64,000 bases of DNA from Candidatus Kapaibacterium sp. (GTDB lineage: Bacteria; Bacteroidota; Ignavibacteria; Kapaibacteriales; UBA2268). The stretch lies in NCBI GenBank assembly GCA_963665665.1, contig OY762428.1, forward strand, positions 2,752,001 to 2,816,000, in the 5' to 3' direction. The notes under the pieces are model-generated. The model was not told the DNA's origin, did no database searches, and saw only the letters and a list, made by a program, of their open reading frames with translations. Positions 19,914 through 30,069 of this stretch are shown here, piece by piece. Numbering within the stretch: the first letter of the stretch is position 1; each line of letters begins with the position of its first letter. A program made the position numbers and the translations under genes.

Positions 19914-20248
19914 AATCTGATTACTGCCCCGACAGAGGCGATATTGTCTGGCTGAATTTTAATCCCCAAAGCGGCCATGAACAAAAAGGAAGAAGGCCTG
20001 CCGTTTGCATTTCTCCGTTCGATTATAATAACAAAGTAGGTCTGGCCTTGTTTTGTCCTGTTACTACTAGTGTAAAAGGATATCCCTTTGAAGTGATTAT
20101 TCCTGAAGAATTGCAAACCGAGGGCACGATTATCTCCGATCAGGTTAAAAGCCTGGACTGGCAAAAACGCAATGCTGAGTTTATTGAAAAAGCACCAAAG
20201 TATGTTATCTCAGAGCTTATTGACAAGTTTTCCGTTTTACTGCGGTAA
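19907..20248 (+). CDS. mazF: MazF/PemK endoribonuclease toxin
   Basis: PDRGDIVWLNFNPQSGHEQKGRRPA, KGYPFEV, DQVKSLDW. Confidence 0.95.
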   Translation: MVKSDYCPDRGDIVWLNFNPQSGHEQKGRRPAVCISPFDYNNKVGLALFCPVTTSVKGYPFEVIIPEELQTEGTIISDQVKSLDWQKRNAEFIEKAPKYVISELIDKFSVLLR

Positions 20249-20439
20249 AGGTTGGTAATTACTTCCTCGAATTGGGGATATTTCTCCAACCGCCACATCT
20301 AAATTACTACTAATCAATATTTCCTGAAACTAAAAATTTTTTATTCGGGCGAAATCAATTATAATTGTATGTGTTAAATATTGAATAAGTTGGTTTGGTA
20401 CTAAATGTTGATGTGTAAGTTTAAAATATTCGGCTGCTT

Positions 20440-21780
20440 ATGAATATTCTGATACTCGGTGCGGGAGACATCGGCTTCCAGCTTTGCAAGCGCCTTGCTC
20501 CCGAAAGACATAATATAACCATGATTGAATCGGATACCCAGAAGGCAAACAGGGCCAAGGAATATCTTGACGCTTTCGTTATCGAGGGTGATGCTACCGG
20601 TTATAAGCAGCTTGAAGAAGGCAATATTCAAAAAGCCGACGTGGTTGCAGCCCTGACTAATAACGATGAAGTGAACCTGATGGCCTGCCGAATTGCTAAA
20701 AAGTACGGCGTGGAAGTTACTATTGCCAGGGTAAGGAATCCTGATTATTGTTCTCCGGGATTTGTATTGAGCAAAGAAGAGCTTGGAGCGGATTATATAA
20801 TCCAGCCGGAAAGGCAGACGGCAAAAGCAATCGTGCGGCTTATTCGCCAGTCCAGCGCAACAGATATTATTGAAATTCATAGCGGCAAGATCAGAATGTT
20901 CGGAATCCGCCTGGATGACAACTCTCCTCTGCTGCACACTCCGCTGAAAGAACTTGGCAGAGTATTTTCCGATCCGCCGACAACACTTGTGGCTATCAAA
21001 AGGCGGCAGTTTACAATTATTCCCCGTGGCGATGATATCCTTGTTAAAGGCGACCAGGTTTTCCTGATAACCCATCCTGACAATATGGAAAAGGTGCTTG
21101 CCAATTTCGGAAAAGCCGATTCCAAAGTAGAGGATATTATGATAATCGGCGGTGGATTGATTGGCCGTTATATTGCAGAGGAACTTCAAAAAGATATCAA
21201 CGTGAAGATAATAGAGCAGGATGAGAAAAAATCAATTTACCTTGCCGAAAAACTAAAAAATACACTTGTTATTAATGGCGACGGCTCGGACCTTGACCTG
21301 CTAACACTTGAAGGACTTCAGGATATGGATGAGTTTATTACCGTGTCCGGCGATGACGAAACCAATATTATTACCAGCCTGTTGGCACGCCACCTGAAGG
21401 TTCCGCGCACTATCACACTGATAAGCAAGCTGGAATATTCCTCGCTGGCGCCGTCCATCGGAATGGACGCTGTGATAAGCAAGCAGCTTATAACGGTGAA
21501 TTCAATACAGAAGTTTATCCGCCGCCAACAGGTGGCTTTCTTTGCAGAGATTCCCGGCGTTGACGCGGAAATAATTGAATATATTGCCGGCGAAAAATCA
21601 AAGATTATCCGTAAACCGCTGAAGGATACACATTTTCCAAACCATTCGGTTATCGGAGCTGTGCTTAAAAAAGACGGGATGCTTGAGATTCCCAAGGGCG
21701 ATACTCATATCGAAGCAGGTGAGAAAGTGGTAGTATTTATGCTTCCGCGTGCACAAAAAGCCGTTGAGAAATTATTTTGA
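20440..21780 (+). CDS. trkA: Trk system potassium transporter TrkA
   Basis: Two RCK-N domains (ILGAGDIG, IIGGGLIG) plus RCK-C domains; 446 aa. Confidence 0.95.
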   Translation: MNILILGAGDIGFQLCKRLAPERHNITMIESDTQKANRAKEYLDAFVIEGDATGYKQLEEGNIQKADVVAALTNNDEVNLMACRIAKKYGVEVTIARVRNPDYCSPGFVLSKEELGADYIIQPERQTAKAIVRLIRQSSATDIIEIHSGKIRMFGIRLDDNSPLLHTPLKELGRVFSDPPTTLVAIKRRQFTIIPRGDDILVKGDQVFLITHPDNMEKVLANFGKADSKVEDIMIIGGGLIGRYIAEELQKDINVKIIEQDEKKSIYLAEKLKNTLVINGDGSDLDLLTLEGLQDMDEFITVSGDDETNIITSLLARHLKVPRTITLISKLEYSSLAPSIGMDAVISKQLITVNSIQKFIRRQQVAFFAEIPGVDAEIIEYIAGEKSKIIRKPLKDTHFPNHSVIGAVLKKDGMLEIPKGDTHIEAGEKVVVFMLPRAQKAVEKLF

Positions 21781-21848
21781 TATGCAGTGATTGGTTTTTG
21801 ACAATTGAAAATTTATTATTATGGGGCTGTCTCAAAAGGTAGAAAAAA

Positions 21849-21939
21849 TGTCATCCTGAGCACAGCGAAGGATCCATTCTTTTTAGTAAAGAGAGTAAGA
21901 AGATGGATTCTTCAGTCGCTTCGCTCCATCAGAATGACA
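21849..21939. repeat. GTCAT..GAC REP-like palindrome
   Basis: TGTCATCCTGAGCACAGCGAAGGATCCAT...ATGGATTCTTC...CAGAATGACA. Confidence 0.7.
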
Positions 21940-22043
21940 TTTCCATATGTGTCATTTTAAGTATTTAACCAGAATGACAAATCGACAAATTTTTGAATAA
22001 TGTGAAGTCTCTTACAAGTAGCATAGAAAGAAATATTATTTAA

Positions 22044-23486
22044 ATGAGATACAGAATTGTAATACGAGTACTTGGTTTCCTGGCAATGTTCCTTGGCGGG
22101 GCAATGCTGCTGCCTATACCTTTTTCACTTTATTACGGAGACAGTGACTGGAAGGCAATTCTTATTTCAGCCGGTATAACTATTGCAGCCGGTTCTGTAT
22201 CATTCTTTATTGCTAAGCAGAAAGCAGACCTCAGGCCCAAGGAGGGTTTTGCGATTGTTACATTCGGCTGGATAATTATGTCCGCATTTGGCTGCCTGCC
22301 TTTTATTCTGTCGGGTGCAATACCATCGGTTACCGATGCTTTCTTTGAAACTATATCCGGTTTCACCACAACCGGGGCAACAATATTAAAAGATATTGAA
22401 CCGCTTCCCCACGGTATCTTGTTCTGGCGCAGCCTGACCCACTGGATAGGCGGTATGGGGATAATCGTTTTGTCCCTCGCTATCCTGCCTTTCCTTGGCG
22501 TTGGTGGAATGCAGCTTTTCAAGGCGGAAGTTCCCGGGCCAATAGCAGACAGGCTGAAACCAAGAATAGCCGAAACTGCAAAGATATTATGGGGTGTTTA
22601 TCTTATCCTGTCTGCTGCCGAAACAATACTGCTAATGTTTGGCGGAATGAACCTTTTTGATGCCCTTTGCCATACATTCGGAACCATGGCAACCGGCGGA
22701 TTTTCAACCATGAATGCATCTGTAGGCCATTACGACAGCTCATATATTGATTTCGTGATAATATTTTTCATGATCGTTGCCGGTTCTAATTTTTCACTGC
22801 ATTACAGGGCAATGAAAGGTGAGATAAATACATATTTCAAAAGCCGTGAATTCAGGTATTATATATACATAATACTTGTAGCAACTATAATAATTGGAAT
22901 TGATACTTATTCGAATAATTACTCCACGATTTTCGAATCTATAAGGTATACTATGTTCCAGGTGGTTTCTATTATGACAACAACCGGGTACGGAACTGCT
23001 GATTATGAAAACTGGGCATTGTCCTCGCAGCTTATACTTTTCGGGCTTATGTTCTTTGGCGGATGCGCAGGATCAACCGGTGGCGGAATGAAAGTACTGA
23101 GAATATATGTTCTTGCCAAGGCAGCCTATTCCGAAATTGTTAAGCTGCTACACCCGCAGGCAGTAGTGCCCGTCAGGGTAGGCCATATTCCTGTCGAGAG
23201 GAAAATTATCACTAATATTCTCGGTTTCTTCGTTATTTACGTGATAATAATGGCTGTAGGAACTCTTGTAATGTCTTTCCTGGGGCTTGACCTTGCTACT
23301 TCACTCGGCGCTGTTGCGGCTACTTTAAATAATATTGGCCCGGGACTTGGGGCAGTAGGCCCCACGGATAACTACGCCGATATGCCCGGTGCAGCAAAAT
23401 GGCTCCTCTCATTTTTCATGTTGCTTGGCAGGCTTGAAGTATTTACTGTGATAATCCTGCTGGCACCTTCCTATTGGAAGAAATAG
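22044..23486 (+). CDS. trkH: TrkH family potassium uptake protein
   Basis: FFETISGFTTTGAT, TMATGGFS, TTTGYG, GGCAGSTGGG, GRLEVF. Confidence 0.95.
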   Translation: MRYRIVIRVLGFLAMFLGGAMLLPIPFSLYYGDSDWKAILISAGITIAAGSVSFFIAKQKADLRPKEGFAIVTFGWIIMSAFGCLPFILSGAIPSVTDAFFETISGFTTTGATILKDIEPLPHGILFWRSLTHWIGGMGIIVLSLAILPFLGVGGMQLFKAEVPGPIADRLKPRIAETAKILWGVYLILSAAETILLMFGGMNLFDALCHTFGTMATGGFSTMNASVGHYDSSYIDFVIIFFMIVAGSNFSLHYRAMKGEINTYFKSREFRYYIYIILVATIIIGIDTYSNNYSTIFESIRYTMFQVVSIMTTTGYGTADYENWALSSQLILFGLMFFGGCAGSTGGGMKVLRIYVLAKAAYSEIVKLLHPQAVVPVRVGHIPVERKIITNILGFFVIYVIIMAVGTLVMSFLGLDLATSLGAVAATLNNIGPGLGAVGPTDNYADMPGAAKWLLSFFMLLGRLEVFTVIILLAPSYWKK

Positions 23487-23497
23487 ATTTTTAGCAA

Positions 23498-23528
23498 TCA
23501 TCCGATGACTTTAAGTCATCGGATGATT
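23498..23528. repeat. Perfect palindrome ATCATCCGATGACTTTAAGTCATCGGATGAT between convergent genes
   Basis: 14-bp perfect inverted repeat; REP-like or bidirectional terminator. Confidence 0.65.
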
Positions 23529-23540
23529 ACAGTAATAACC

Positions 23541-24743
23541 TTATATCACTGGATTAGTCAGCTCACTTAAACTGAATTCCTGATAAATACCTTTAGGAAC
23601 TGATACACAGGGATTAGACTTGTATAAGCGCATGAACTTTCTGTCGAGATCAAAGAATGCAGTACCAAGAGTCTGTCCTGTTATCCCGCTCTGCGGGTGA
23701 CGGCAAGGAGAATACGGCCTGCCTTCGTGAGACGACAGCCATCCGAGAAAGACTTCCGGATTCTTCACTGGTTCGAGAAAATTCTCAGCTTTTTTACTTA
23801 AAACATTATATCTTGATATGGATGAAGAATTGCGGTAATCCATATCCTGATAGATATAATCTTTTGTTATTTCGTGTATTGTATGGTTAGTATGTATGTA
23901 CAACCATTCAGGCTCGGTATAATTATACTCGCCTTCGGGCAGTGTTTCAAGAGAAATATACCTGCCGGTATTCATCGAAGCCAGGTTGTGATGCCAGGGG
24001 AAAGCCCTTCCTTCACGTGTGGCTGTCGCAAAAGCATCCTCAAGCGACTTTACTTCAAGGCAGGCGCGGGCAAGGAAGTAACGGGGAATGCCGATCCTAG
24101 GTTTCAGGCATCCTATAAAATTGGATGAATGGACAACTCCTGCGCTGTTGAATCCCGGAGCAACACCCGGTATCAGTCCCGGATAAACAAATGCTGCAAA
24201 GCTAACCCCGGAAGGAGGATGTGCTTTAAGCACGTACATCTCATCATTATACGCAGCTTCGCCGTCCTCGTTCTGGAACAGCCAGTTACTCATTCCGTCA
24301 TTGTAGTAAATTGTTGAGCATCCCGGATTTTCATATCCGTAAGCGCTAATTTCTGACTTTACACTCATGGCAAACATCAGGTCTGGATCAATTTCCGATC
24401 CGGCTGCCATTCCGTTAATTTCATCAATAAACTGAGGATATGCTTTTGCAAGGGCATTTTTCAGGCCGCCTACAAATTTCGAGCCGCTATCGGATTTGTA
24501 AAACTCATCGAGGCCGGCAACCCAGTCTTTTCTTTTTTCCATTATAGCATGGAACTGCTTCCTCATATACTTGCCGGAAAAATAGCCAATATCGTAATAA
24601 TCTCCCCTGACTTCTATCATCGGATAAGTTTTTTCTGTTTCAGGCAGATACCTGACAGATGCGGATTGCCCGGATTTTCGGCAGGCAGAATGTATAAATG
24701 CCGGGGCGGCAAGAGCCAAAGCAATGAATGATCTTCTTTTCAT
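23541..24743 (-). CDS. C45 family autoproteolytic acyltransferase/peptidase (Ntn hydrolase), Tat-type lipoprotein signal
   Basis: MKRRSF...HSAC signal; GCSTI nucleophile; QNED, GFNSAG, HTNH. Confidence 0.85.
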   Translation of the reverse strand: MKRRSFIALALAAPAFIHSACRKSGQSASVRYLPETEKTYPMIEVRGDYYDIGYFSGKYMRKQFHAIMEKRKDWVAGLDEFYKSDSGSKFVGGLKNALAKAYPQFIDEINGMAAGSEIDPDLMFAMSVKSEISAYGYENPGCSTIYYNDGMSNWLFQNEDGEAAYNDEMYVLKAHPPSGVSFAAFVYPGLIPGVAPGFNSAGVVHSSNFIGCLKPRIGIPRYFLARACLEVKSLEDAFATATREGRAFPWHHNLASMNTGRYISLETLPEGEYNYTEPEWLYIHTNHTIHEITKDYIYQDMDYRNSSSISRYNVLSKKAENFLEPVKNPEVFLGWLSSHEGRPYSPCRHPQSGITGQTLGTAFFDLDRKFMRLYKSNPCVSVPKGIYQEFSLSELTNPVI

Positions 24744-24808
24744 GGTATATTCCAGAAATTAATTTCACAATTCCTTCAGCAAATTAACAAAGAAAAGGCA
24801 AACAGAAA

Positions 24809-24833
24809 AACCCGTCACAAAACATGACGGGTA
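24809..24833 (-). terminator. Intrinsic terminator after rpsU
   Basis: ACCCGTCA-CAAAACA-TGACGGGT hairpin with an A-run on the + strand (U-tail on the - strand). Confidence 0.7.
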
Positions 24834-24870
24834 ATCTATTTAAATTCGATTTTTTATCAACGAATAACGA

Positions 24871-25065
24871 CTAGTCCATTTCCTGTGAGGCTTTTTGCTG
24901 GCGTCTTGCTGCTTTCAACCTGGAGAGTCTTTTTTCAACCGATGGTTTCATGAATGCCGTGCGTTTTTTAAATTCACGGAGGATACCGCTTCTTTCGTAT
25001 TTCTTTTTAAAACGTTTCAACGCGCGGTCTATGTTTTCATTTGTCTGAATAGTAACACCAATCAC
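24871..25065 (-). CDS. rpsU: 30S ribosomal protein S21
   Basis: ENIDRALKRFKKKYERSGILREFKKRTAFMKPS; GTG start with GAAAGGTG upstream. Confidence 0.95.
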   Translation of the reverse strand: MIGVTIQTNENIDRALKRFKKKYERSGILREFKKRTAFMKPSVEKRLSRLKAARRQQKASQEMD

Positions 25066-25098
25066 TGCTATCACACCTTTCAGTAATAATTTATAAAA

Positions 25099-25500
25099 TT
25101 AATTCATATTTTCAATTAGTCGTCTTTCGTTGTTTTTCTCGAACTGAACAATAATGGCATGACCACCATTACTTGTCACTTCTTTCGACCTAACAATTCC
25201 CACGTCGTCCCAAACCTGGTGAAAGATCACGTCGCCAACCTGATATTCATCCTTGGGAGTATATTTTTTTGCATCCTCGCGGGAAATATGCACAACAGCT
25301 CTTGATTTATCTGCTTCCGCTTCGATAGCGTCCAGATTAACGAGCTGTGAGTGCCTGCTTCTTGTACAACGAGCCCACTGGTGACGTCCTGTCTCTGTTT
25401 CGATAGGCTCGCCAATAAGCTCATGTTTTGTTTCTTTCATCAAAAATGGCGAATAGAGGGTTATATATTTTGCCCTTCTGGATCTTTTTCTACCAGCCAT
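25099..25500 (-). CDS. Hypothetical protein (degenerate zinc-ribbon-like N-terminus, Tudor-like C-terminus)
   Basis: Start MAGRKRSRR after GAAGG; YSPFLMKETKH...RCTRSRH; YQVGDVIFHQVWDDVGIV. Confidence 0.7.
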   Translation of the reverse strand: MAGRKRSRRAKYITLYSPFLMKETKHELIGEPIETETGRHQWARCTRSRHSQLVNLDAIEAEADKSRAVVHISREDAKKYTPKDEYQVGDVIFHQVWDDVGIVRSKEVTSNGGHAIIVQFEKNNERRLIENMN

Positions 25501-25815
25501 ATTACCTTCTGAATTTTTGAAAAGAACGAAAAATACGTCCACAAATATAATAAATAAATTCCTAACCTGCAAGTTTTCAATGGTTAAGGAAAAACGTTAA
25601 AAAGCAGGATAGCGATAATTTTGAAACAAATAAGAGCTTGTCAGGCTTTTAGTTAGAAAATTTCAACTTGGAAAAGAACGAAATTTAATTTAAATAAATT
25701 TTTTATTTTTTTCAAAAAATATTTCAAAAAAAAGCATCATTATTAAAAAAATTCAATTTTTTTGTAAAACCATACGAATGCAACATACATCCCTGTGGTT
25801 AGACAGCAGGAAATG

Positions 25816-26901
25816 CTATTTTCCGGCAAGGAAATTTTTCAGCTTATTTATTAATGGTATAGGCGTAGGATCAACATTGTTGATCATAGCCATGTAATAA
25901 CTTGTCCAGTCTGCCAGGTAAAGCAGGTCAAACATTCTGGTCAGAAAATGATCGCCTTCGCCCTTAATCTTCTGAACTTCAAAACCCTTTTCTTCAAGGA
26001 TAGTCTCTAAAGCTTCGAAACGATATTTTACCCTGTCTTTATCCAGTGGGTCATTCAGAAATACCGGAATACCCGACTCGACAAAAACTGACGGGTGAGA
26101 CCAACCGTTGATCTCATTGTGGTTCATCTCCGGCAGGAAGGCTCCGAAAGCACAATTCTTAGCATTTTCCTGTATCTGTCCGCGCCAGCGAACATTCACA
26201 GAATCAAGCCCTTCTGACGATGAATAAATTACCGGAATTTTTCCGGACAGCTTGCAGGCAAGAACTACTGCCGGATTGTCTGCATTAACCACGGAATACA
26301 ATTTTGATTTTACCTCGAGCATGGGAATCAGCTCTTCAATTGCGGCTTCGCTTTCTTTTATAGCATCTTCTTTATAAGCACCGGATTTTATCATAAGTTT
26401 TAGCAACGGAAAAAATGAGTAACCGAGGGCACATCGTGGTTGGAGTCCGGCCGGAATTGAAATCCTCGGTATATCTTTTTCAGCAGCAATTTTTCCAATA
26501 CTTCCCCCGGTCGTAATGCAAAGTGTTTGGTTTGTTTTTTCAATTGCCTGGGTGAATCCGGAAATAGTTTCCTCTGTTCCACCTGAATAAGAGCTGGCAA
26601 TTACATTCCAGGTTGAATCAATGTAATTGGGGATATCATAGGTCCTGTTGACCGCAACCTGTAAATGATCTGCGCCGGGAAGTACTGATGAATAAGAACG
26701 GATAAGGTCGCCCCCAATAGCCGATCCGCCCATTCCAAGGACTAATATTTTCTCAGGTGTGGTAGAAGATTTAAAAACAGGCGCTTCATCGCCAATTTTT
26801 ACTGCTTCTTTCAACTGATCCGGAAATTTTTTTAAAACTTCGTACATATTATCTGAATCAACTTTTCTTGCTTCTTCGAATATAAAACAAGGTGATTTCA
26901 T
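25816..26901 (-). CDS. Bifunctional phosphoglucose/phosphomannose isomerase
   Basis: GMGGSAIGG, SYSGGTEET, QPRCALG, ENAK, PEMNHNEI. Confidence 0.92.
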   Translation of the reverse strand: MKSPCFIFEEARKVDSDNMYEVLKKFPDQLKEAVKIGDEAPVFKSSTTPEKILVLGMGGSAIGGDLIRSYSSVLPGADHLQVAVNRTYDIPNYIDSTWNVIASSYSGGTEETISGFTQAIEKTNQTLCITTGGSIGKIAAEKDIPRISIPAGLQPRCALGYSFFPLLKLMIKSGAYKEDAIKESEAAIEELIPMLEVKSKLYSVVNADNPAVVLACKLSGKIPVIYSSSEGLDSVNVRWRGQIQENAKNCAFGAFLPEMNHNEINGWSHPSVFVESGIPVFLNDPLDKDRVKYRFEALETILEEKGFEVQKIKGEGDHFLTRMFDLLYLADWTSYYMAMINNVDPTPIPLINKLKNFLAGK

Positions 26902-27100
26902 ATTATTTGCCTTAATTATTAATTTCAATCTTCAAAACTCTCAATATAGAAAAAATGTTTTAATTTCCTGTTAAGATTGTATCGAAAATTAAATTAAACC
27001 GGAATACTAAATCACCAGACTGTTATATACTTCTGCAATTCCAAAAAAATTGCTATTTTGTAAACTGAAAAATAATCTGCTCATATTTAGAAAGGTGAAA

Positions 27101-28561
27101 ATGAAAAAACTTCTGATTTTAGCTTTTTTCTCATCTCTGCTGTTTTCCTGCGGGAAAAAGGAAATTGAGAAAACAATTATTGCCGGTAAACTCCATAATG
27201 ATTACAAAGGCCCTATTGAGTTAGTCAGCGATAAACCTTATGATTACGGCTGGCAGGACAGCGCAGCCGTTTCCGGAGAAGTTGATGAGAACGGTGTTTT
27301 CAACCTGTCCTTGCAAATTGAAGAACCGGGTTTGTATCAATTGAATTTTGGTAATTCCCATCTTATCTGGGGTGTTTTCCTTATCCCCGGAGACAGCCTG
27401 CATATCGATATTTATGATGAAAAGGATAATATTTTTAATGGTTCGGGTAAGATTGTTAAAGGCAACAGGTTTTTTGAAATGTTCATGAGAACTTTCGGGG
27501 ATAGGGACGAAACATTTTACCAATATGCTTTCAATCCCGAATCAGCAAAGGCTTTTCAATACTTAGACTCTATAAATAATGCCAAGATGGAGTTGTTGAA
27601 TCAAATCAACAAAGATGCTATTCCGCAGATCGTTCAGGATTATGTATATGATTATATCCGTTTTTCCGATGCTGAAACAAAAATATATCATGTTCTGCTT
27701 GGAAAATTCTGGAATCGTTTCCCCTCGGATATTACAAACGTTGATTCAATCCTTTCCTTTACCGATGATAAATCATACTTAGAACCTAAATATCCCGGTT
27801 CTTATGCTTATTTGTCATATATCAGCCGTTACAGTAATTTACTCGGTTCCAAACTGCGTGAATCTGATACTTCTCTGAAATCCCTGGATTATAAGGAATA
27901 TTATAAAGTTTTCCTTGATCTGCTGAATGAAGAGCTTGAAGGAACGGCAAGGGAAGTTGCAATATATGATAACCTTCAATCCCAGACAGACTGGATAGAC
28001 ACTCCTGAACAATTGGAAATGATACAGGGCTGGCTGAAAAAATTTAAAGATAATAAATGGGATAAATACCTTACAAAGCTGCTTGAAGATAAGATCAATG
28101 CCCGCCTTCCATTCATGCCCGGTAAGCCTGCTCCTGATTTTACTCTTCCCGATACAAGCGGAAAAATGGTTTCTTTGAAAGATTTCAGAGGAAAAATTGT
28201 TTATATTGATTTTTGGGGAACATGGTGCGGCCCCTGCATTGGTGAAATACCACACCTGAAAGAAATTGAAAAGAAATTCCATGATAATGAAGATATTGTA
28301 TTTTTGTCGATAGCACTTGATAATGATGTTGAAGCATGGAAGAAATTTATTGCTGCTAAGGAGCTTGGCGGGATTCAGCTTTTTGCTGAAGGAGCTTTTG
28401 GCAATAAAACCCCTCAGGATTACGCGATTTCAGGCGTTCCTACATTTATGCTGATTGACAAGGAAGGAAAGTTTATAAGTTCAAGCGCCGAAAGGCCAAG
28501 CAATCCTAAACTACTCGAAAAATTGAATGAAATTCTTGGTATAACCAAGAAAATAGATTAA
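27101..28561 (+). CDS. TlpA/AhpC-TSA family disulfide reductase lipoprotein
   Basis: LFSC lipobox; APDFTL, IDFWGTWCGPC, GVPTFMLID. Confidence 0.9.
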   Translation: MKKLLILAFFSSLLFSCGKKEIEKTIIAGKLHNDYKGPIELVSDKPYDYGWQDSAAVSGEVDENGVFNLSLQIEEPGLYQLNFGNSHLIWGVFLIPGDSLHIDIYDEKDNIFNGSGKIVKGNRFFEMFMRTFGDRDETFYQYAFNPESAKAFQYLDSINNAKMELLNQINKDAIPQIVQDYVYDYIRFSDAETKIYHVLLGKFWNRFPSDITNVDSILSFTDDKSYLEPKYPGSYAYLSYISRYSNLLGSKLRESDTSLKSLDYKEYYKVFLDLLNEELEGTAREVAIYDNLQSQTDWIDTPEQLEMIQGWLKKFKDNKWDKYLTKLLEDKINARLPFMPGKPAPDFTLPDTSGKMVSLKDFRGKIVYIDFWGTWCGPCIGEIPHLKEIEKKFHDNEDIVFLSIALDNDVEAWKKFIAAKELGGIQLFAEGAFGNKTPQDYAISGVPTFMLIDKEGKFISSSAERPSNPKLLEKLNEILGITKKID

Positions 28562-28617
28562 CATTTCCGGTAAATCATTTTTAAAGCGATGTATCTTTAT
28601 TCAAAATATCTATGATT

Positions 28618-28860
28618 TATCATCCTGAGCGCATCGAAGAATCCATTCTTCATGCAAGCTATGGATTCTTTGATTCTCTCAGGATGACACCCCCAACTAC
28701 CTTCGTCAAATTCAATAGCTACGTGCTTTAGCTCGTGGATAAATGTGCAATGTGCGGAGGCTAAGAAAAAGAAACCACCCCGACTCTCTGCGCTCGCCAC
28801 CCCTCAACGAGCGGAATTTTCCGGAACTCCACCCCCGCCAGCGATGAACCGGGGGAATTC
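28618..28860. repeat. Composite intergenic REP mosaic
   Basis: GTCAT..GAC-type palindrome (28618-28689), YACGTGCTTTAGCTCGTGG hairpin (28706-28742) and CACCCCTCAACGAG unit also seen at 56280-56450. Confidence 0.65.
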
Positions 28861-29016
28861 TTTAAATATCCCGGTATTGAATACCATTTAAAGCCTGATT
28901 AACCAATTAACAGGCTAACAATATAAATAATCACCTAAATAAATATTTTGTATTTTATGAAAAAAAATGGAAATTGAAAAATATTGATTTGATAATTTTA
29001 ATAAACGCTGAAAATT

Positions 29017-30006
29017 ATGTCCGGTAAAAAAAGAAAAAAAGCCGAGCAGGCATCGAAAAAAGCAGAAAACGAAGTTAAAACTGAAGAAAAACCTGTTAAA
29101 AGCCCATCTTTTGAATTCAAGTGGTCGAATCCGAAATTCAGGGCTTTAATTCCTTTTGCAATTTTTGTGCTCGTATTCCTGTGGATATGGACGGAACCTG
29201 CGGAAAAACCTACAGACCCGTGGTTTGAAGCGGCATTCCTCGTGGATTCCTCAAGAAAAGTTCAGGATCCGAAATTGAAATCGGAAATGCTTGAAAAAGG
29301 TGGCGACCAGCTTCGTGACCTGGTAAACAGATATCCCAAACATGCAAGGGTGAAATTCCTGCTTGGGTATTACTATTCCAATGCAGGCAAACTTGATTCG
29401 GCTATTGATATGTATTCCGATGCTATCCGCATGGACAGCGGCGCCACGATAAATCCCGTTGCACCGATGGCCGCGCAGCAGGTGGGGATGATATATTCCC
29501 AAAAAAGCAATATGCTGCTGAACCAGGGAAAGATTGAAGAAGCAAAGAAAGCTATTCAGCCAGGACTTAAATATGCACGATATTCACCAGTAATTCCTAC
29601 CCAGATGGGAGTGGTTTTCCACCGCGAGGGGCAGATAGACAGCGCGATAACATATTATACCATGGCGCTGAATATCAACGGCAACCATAAACCGGCATTG
29701 CAGAATCTTGCATTGGCATTTTTCCAGAAGGGCAATGTGCTGCTGAAGAATAAAAACCTGACCGAGGCACTTGAATATTTCAACCGCTCGGCAAAGATGA
29801 ATTTCCAGAATGCTGACCTGTATAACAATATGGGCTATGTCCTAAACCAACTCGGACAGACAGAACAATCCGTGAACGCTTATAAAAAGGCTTTACAATT
29901 GAAACCCGGACATGTAAATGCCATTCGAAACCTCGCAGCATATTATCAGAAAACCGGCAACATGGCCGAGGCAAAAAAATATATGCAGATGCTTGGCGGG
30001 AAGTAA
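29017..30006 (+). CDS. Membrane-anchored tetratricopeptide repeat protein
   Basis: One TM helix followed by several TPRs (LYNNMGYVLNQLGQ...AYKKALQLKP). Confidence 0.88.
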   Translation: MSGKKRKKAEQASKKAENEVKTEEKPVKSPSFEFKWSNPKFRALIPFAIFVLVFLWIWTEPAEKPTDPWFEAAFLVDSSRKVQDPKLKSEMLEKGGDQLRDLVNRYPKHARVKFLLGYYYSNAGKLDSAIDMYSDAIRMDSGATINPVAPMAAQQVGMIYSQKSNMLLNQGKIEEAKKAIQPGLKYARYSPVIPTQMGVVFHREGQIDSAITYYTMALNINGNHKPALQNLALAFFQKGNVLLKNKNLTEALEYFNRSAKMNFQNADLYNNMGYVLNQLGQTEQSVNAYKKALQLKPGHVNAIRNLAAYYQKTGNMAEAKKYMQMLGGK

Positions 30007-30042
30007 CAGGCTAATTTCTTGTCTGCTTTTTGATGATTAATT

Positions 30043-30069
30043 ACAGGAGTTAATTCTCCTGTTTTTTTT
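30043..30069 (+). terminator. Intrinsic terminator
   Basis: ACAGGAG-TTAATT-CTCCTGT followed by a T-run. Confidence 0.75.

Noticed and set aside
20401-21189. 262-aa antisense ORF (also 47261-48031, 34093-34686, 19658-20164 and similar)
   Set aside because: Shadow ORFs opposite well-supported genes, with no motifs.
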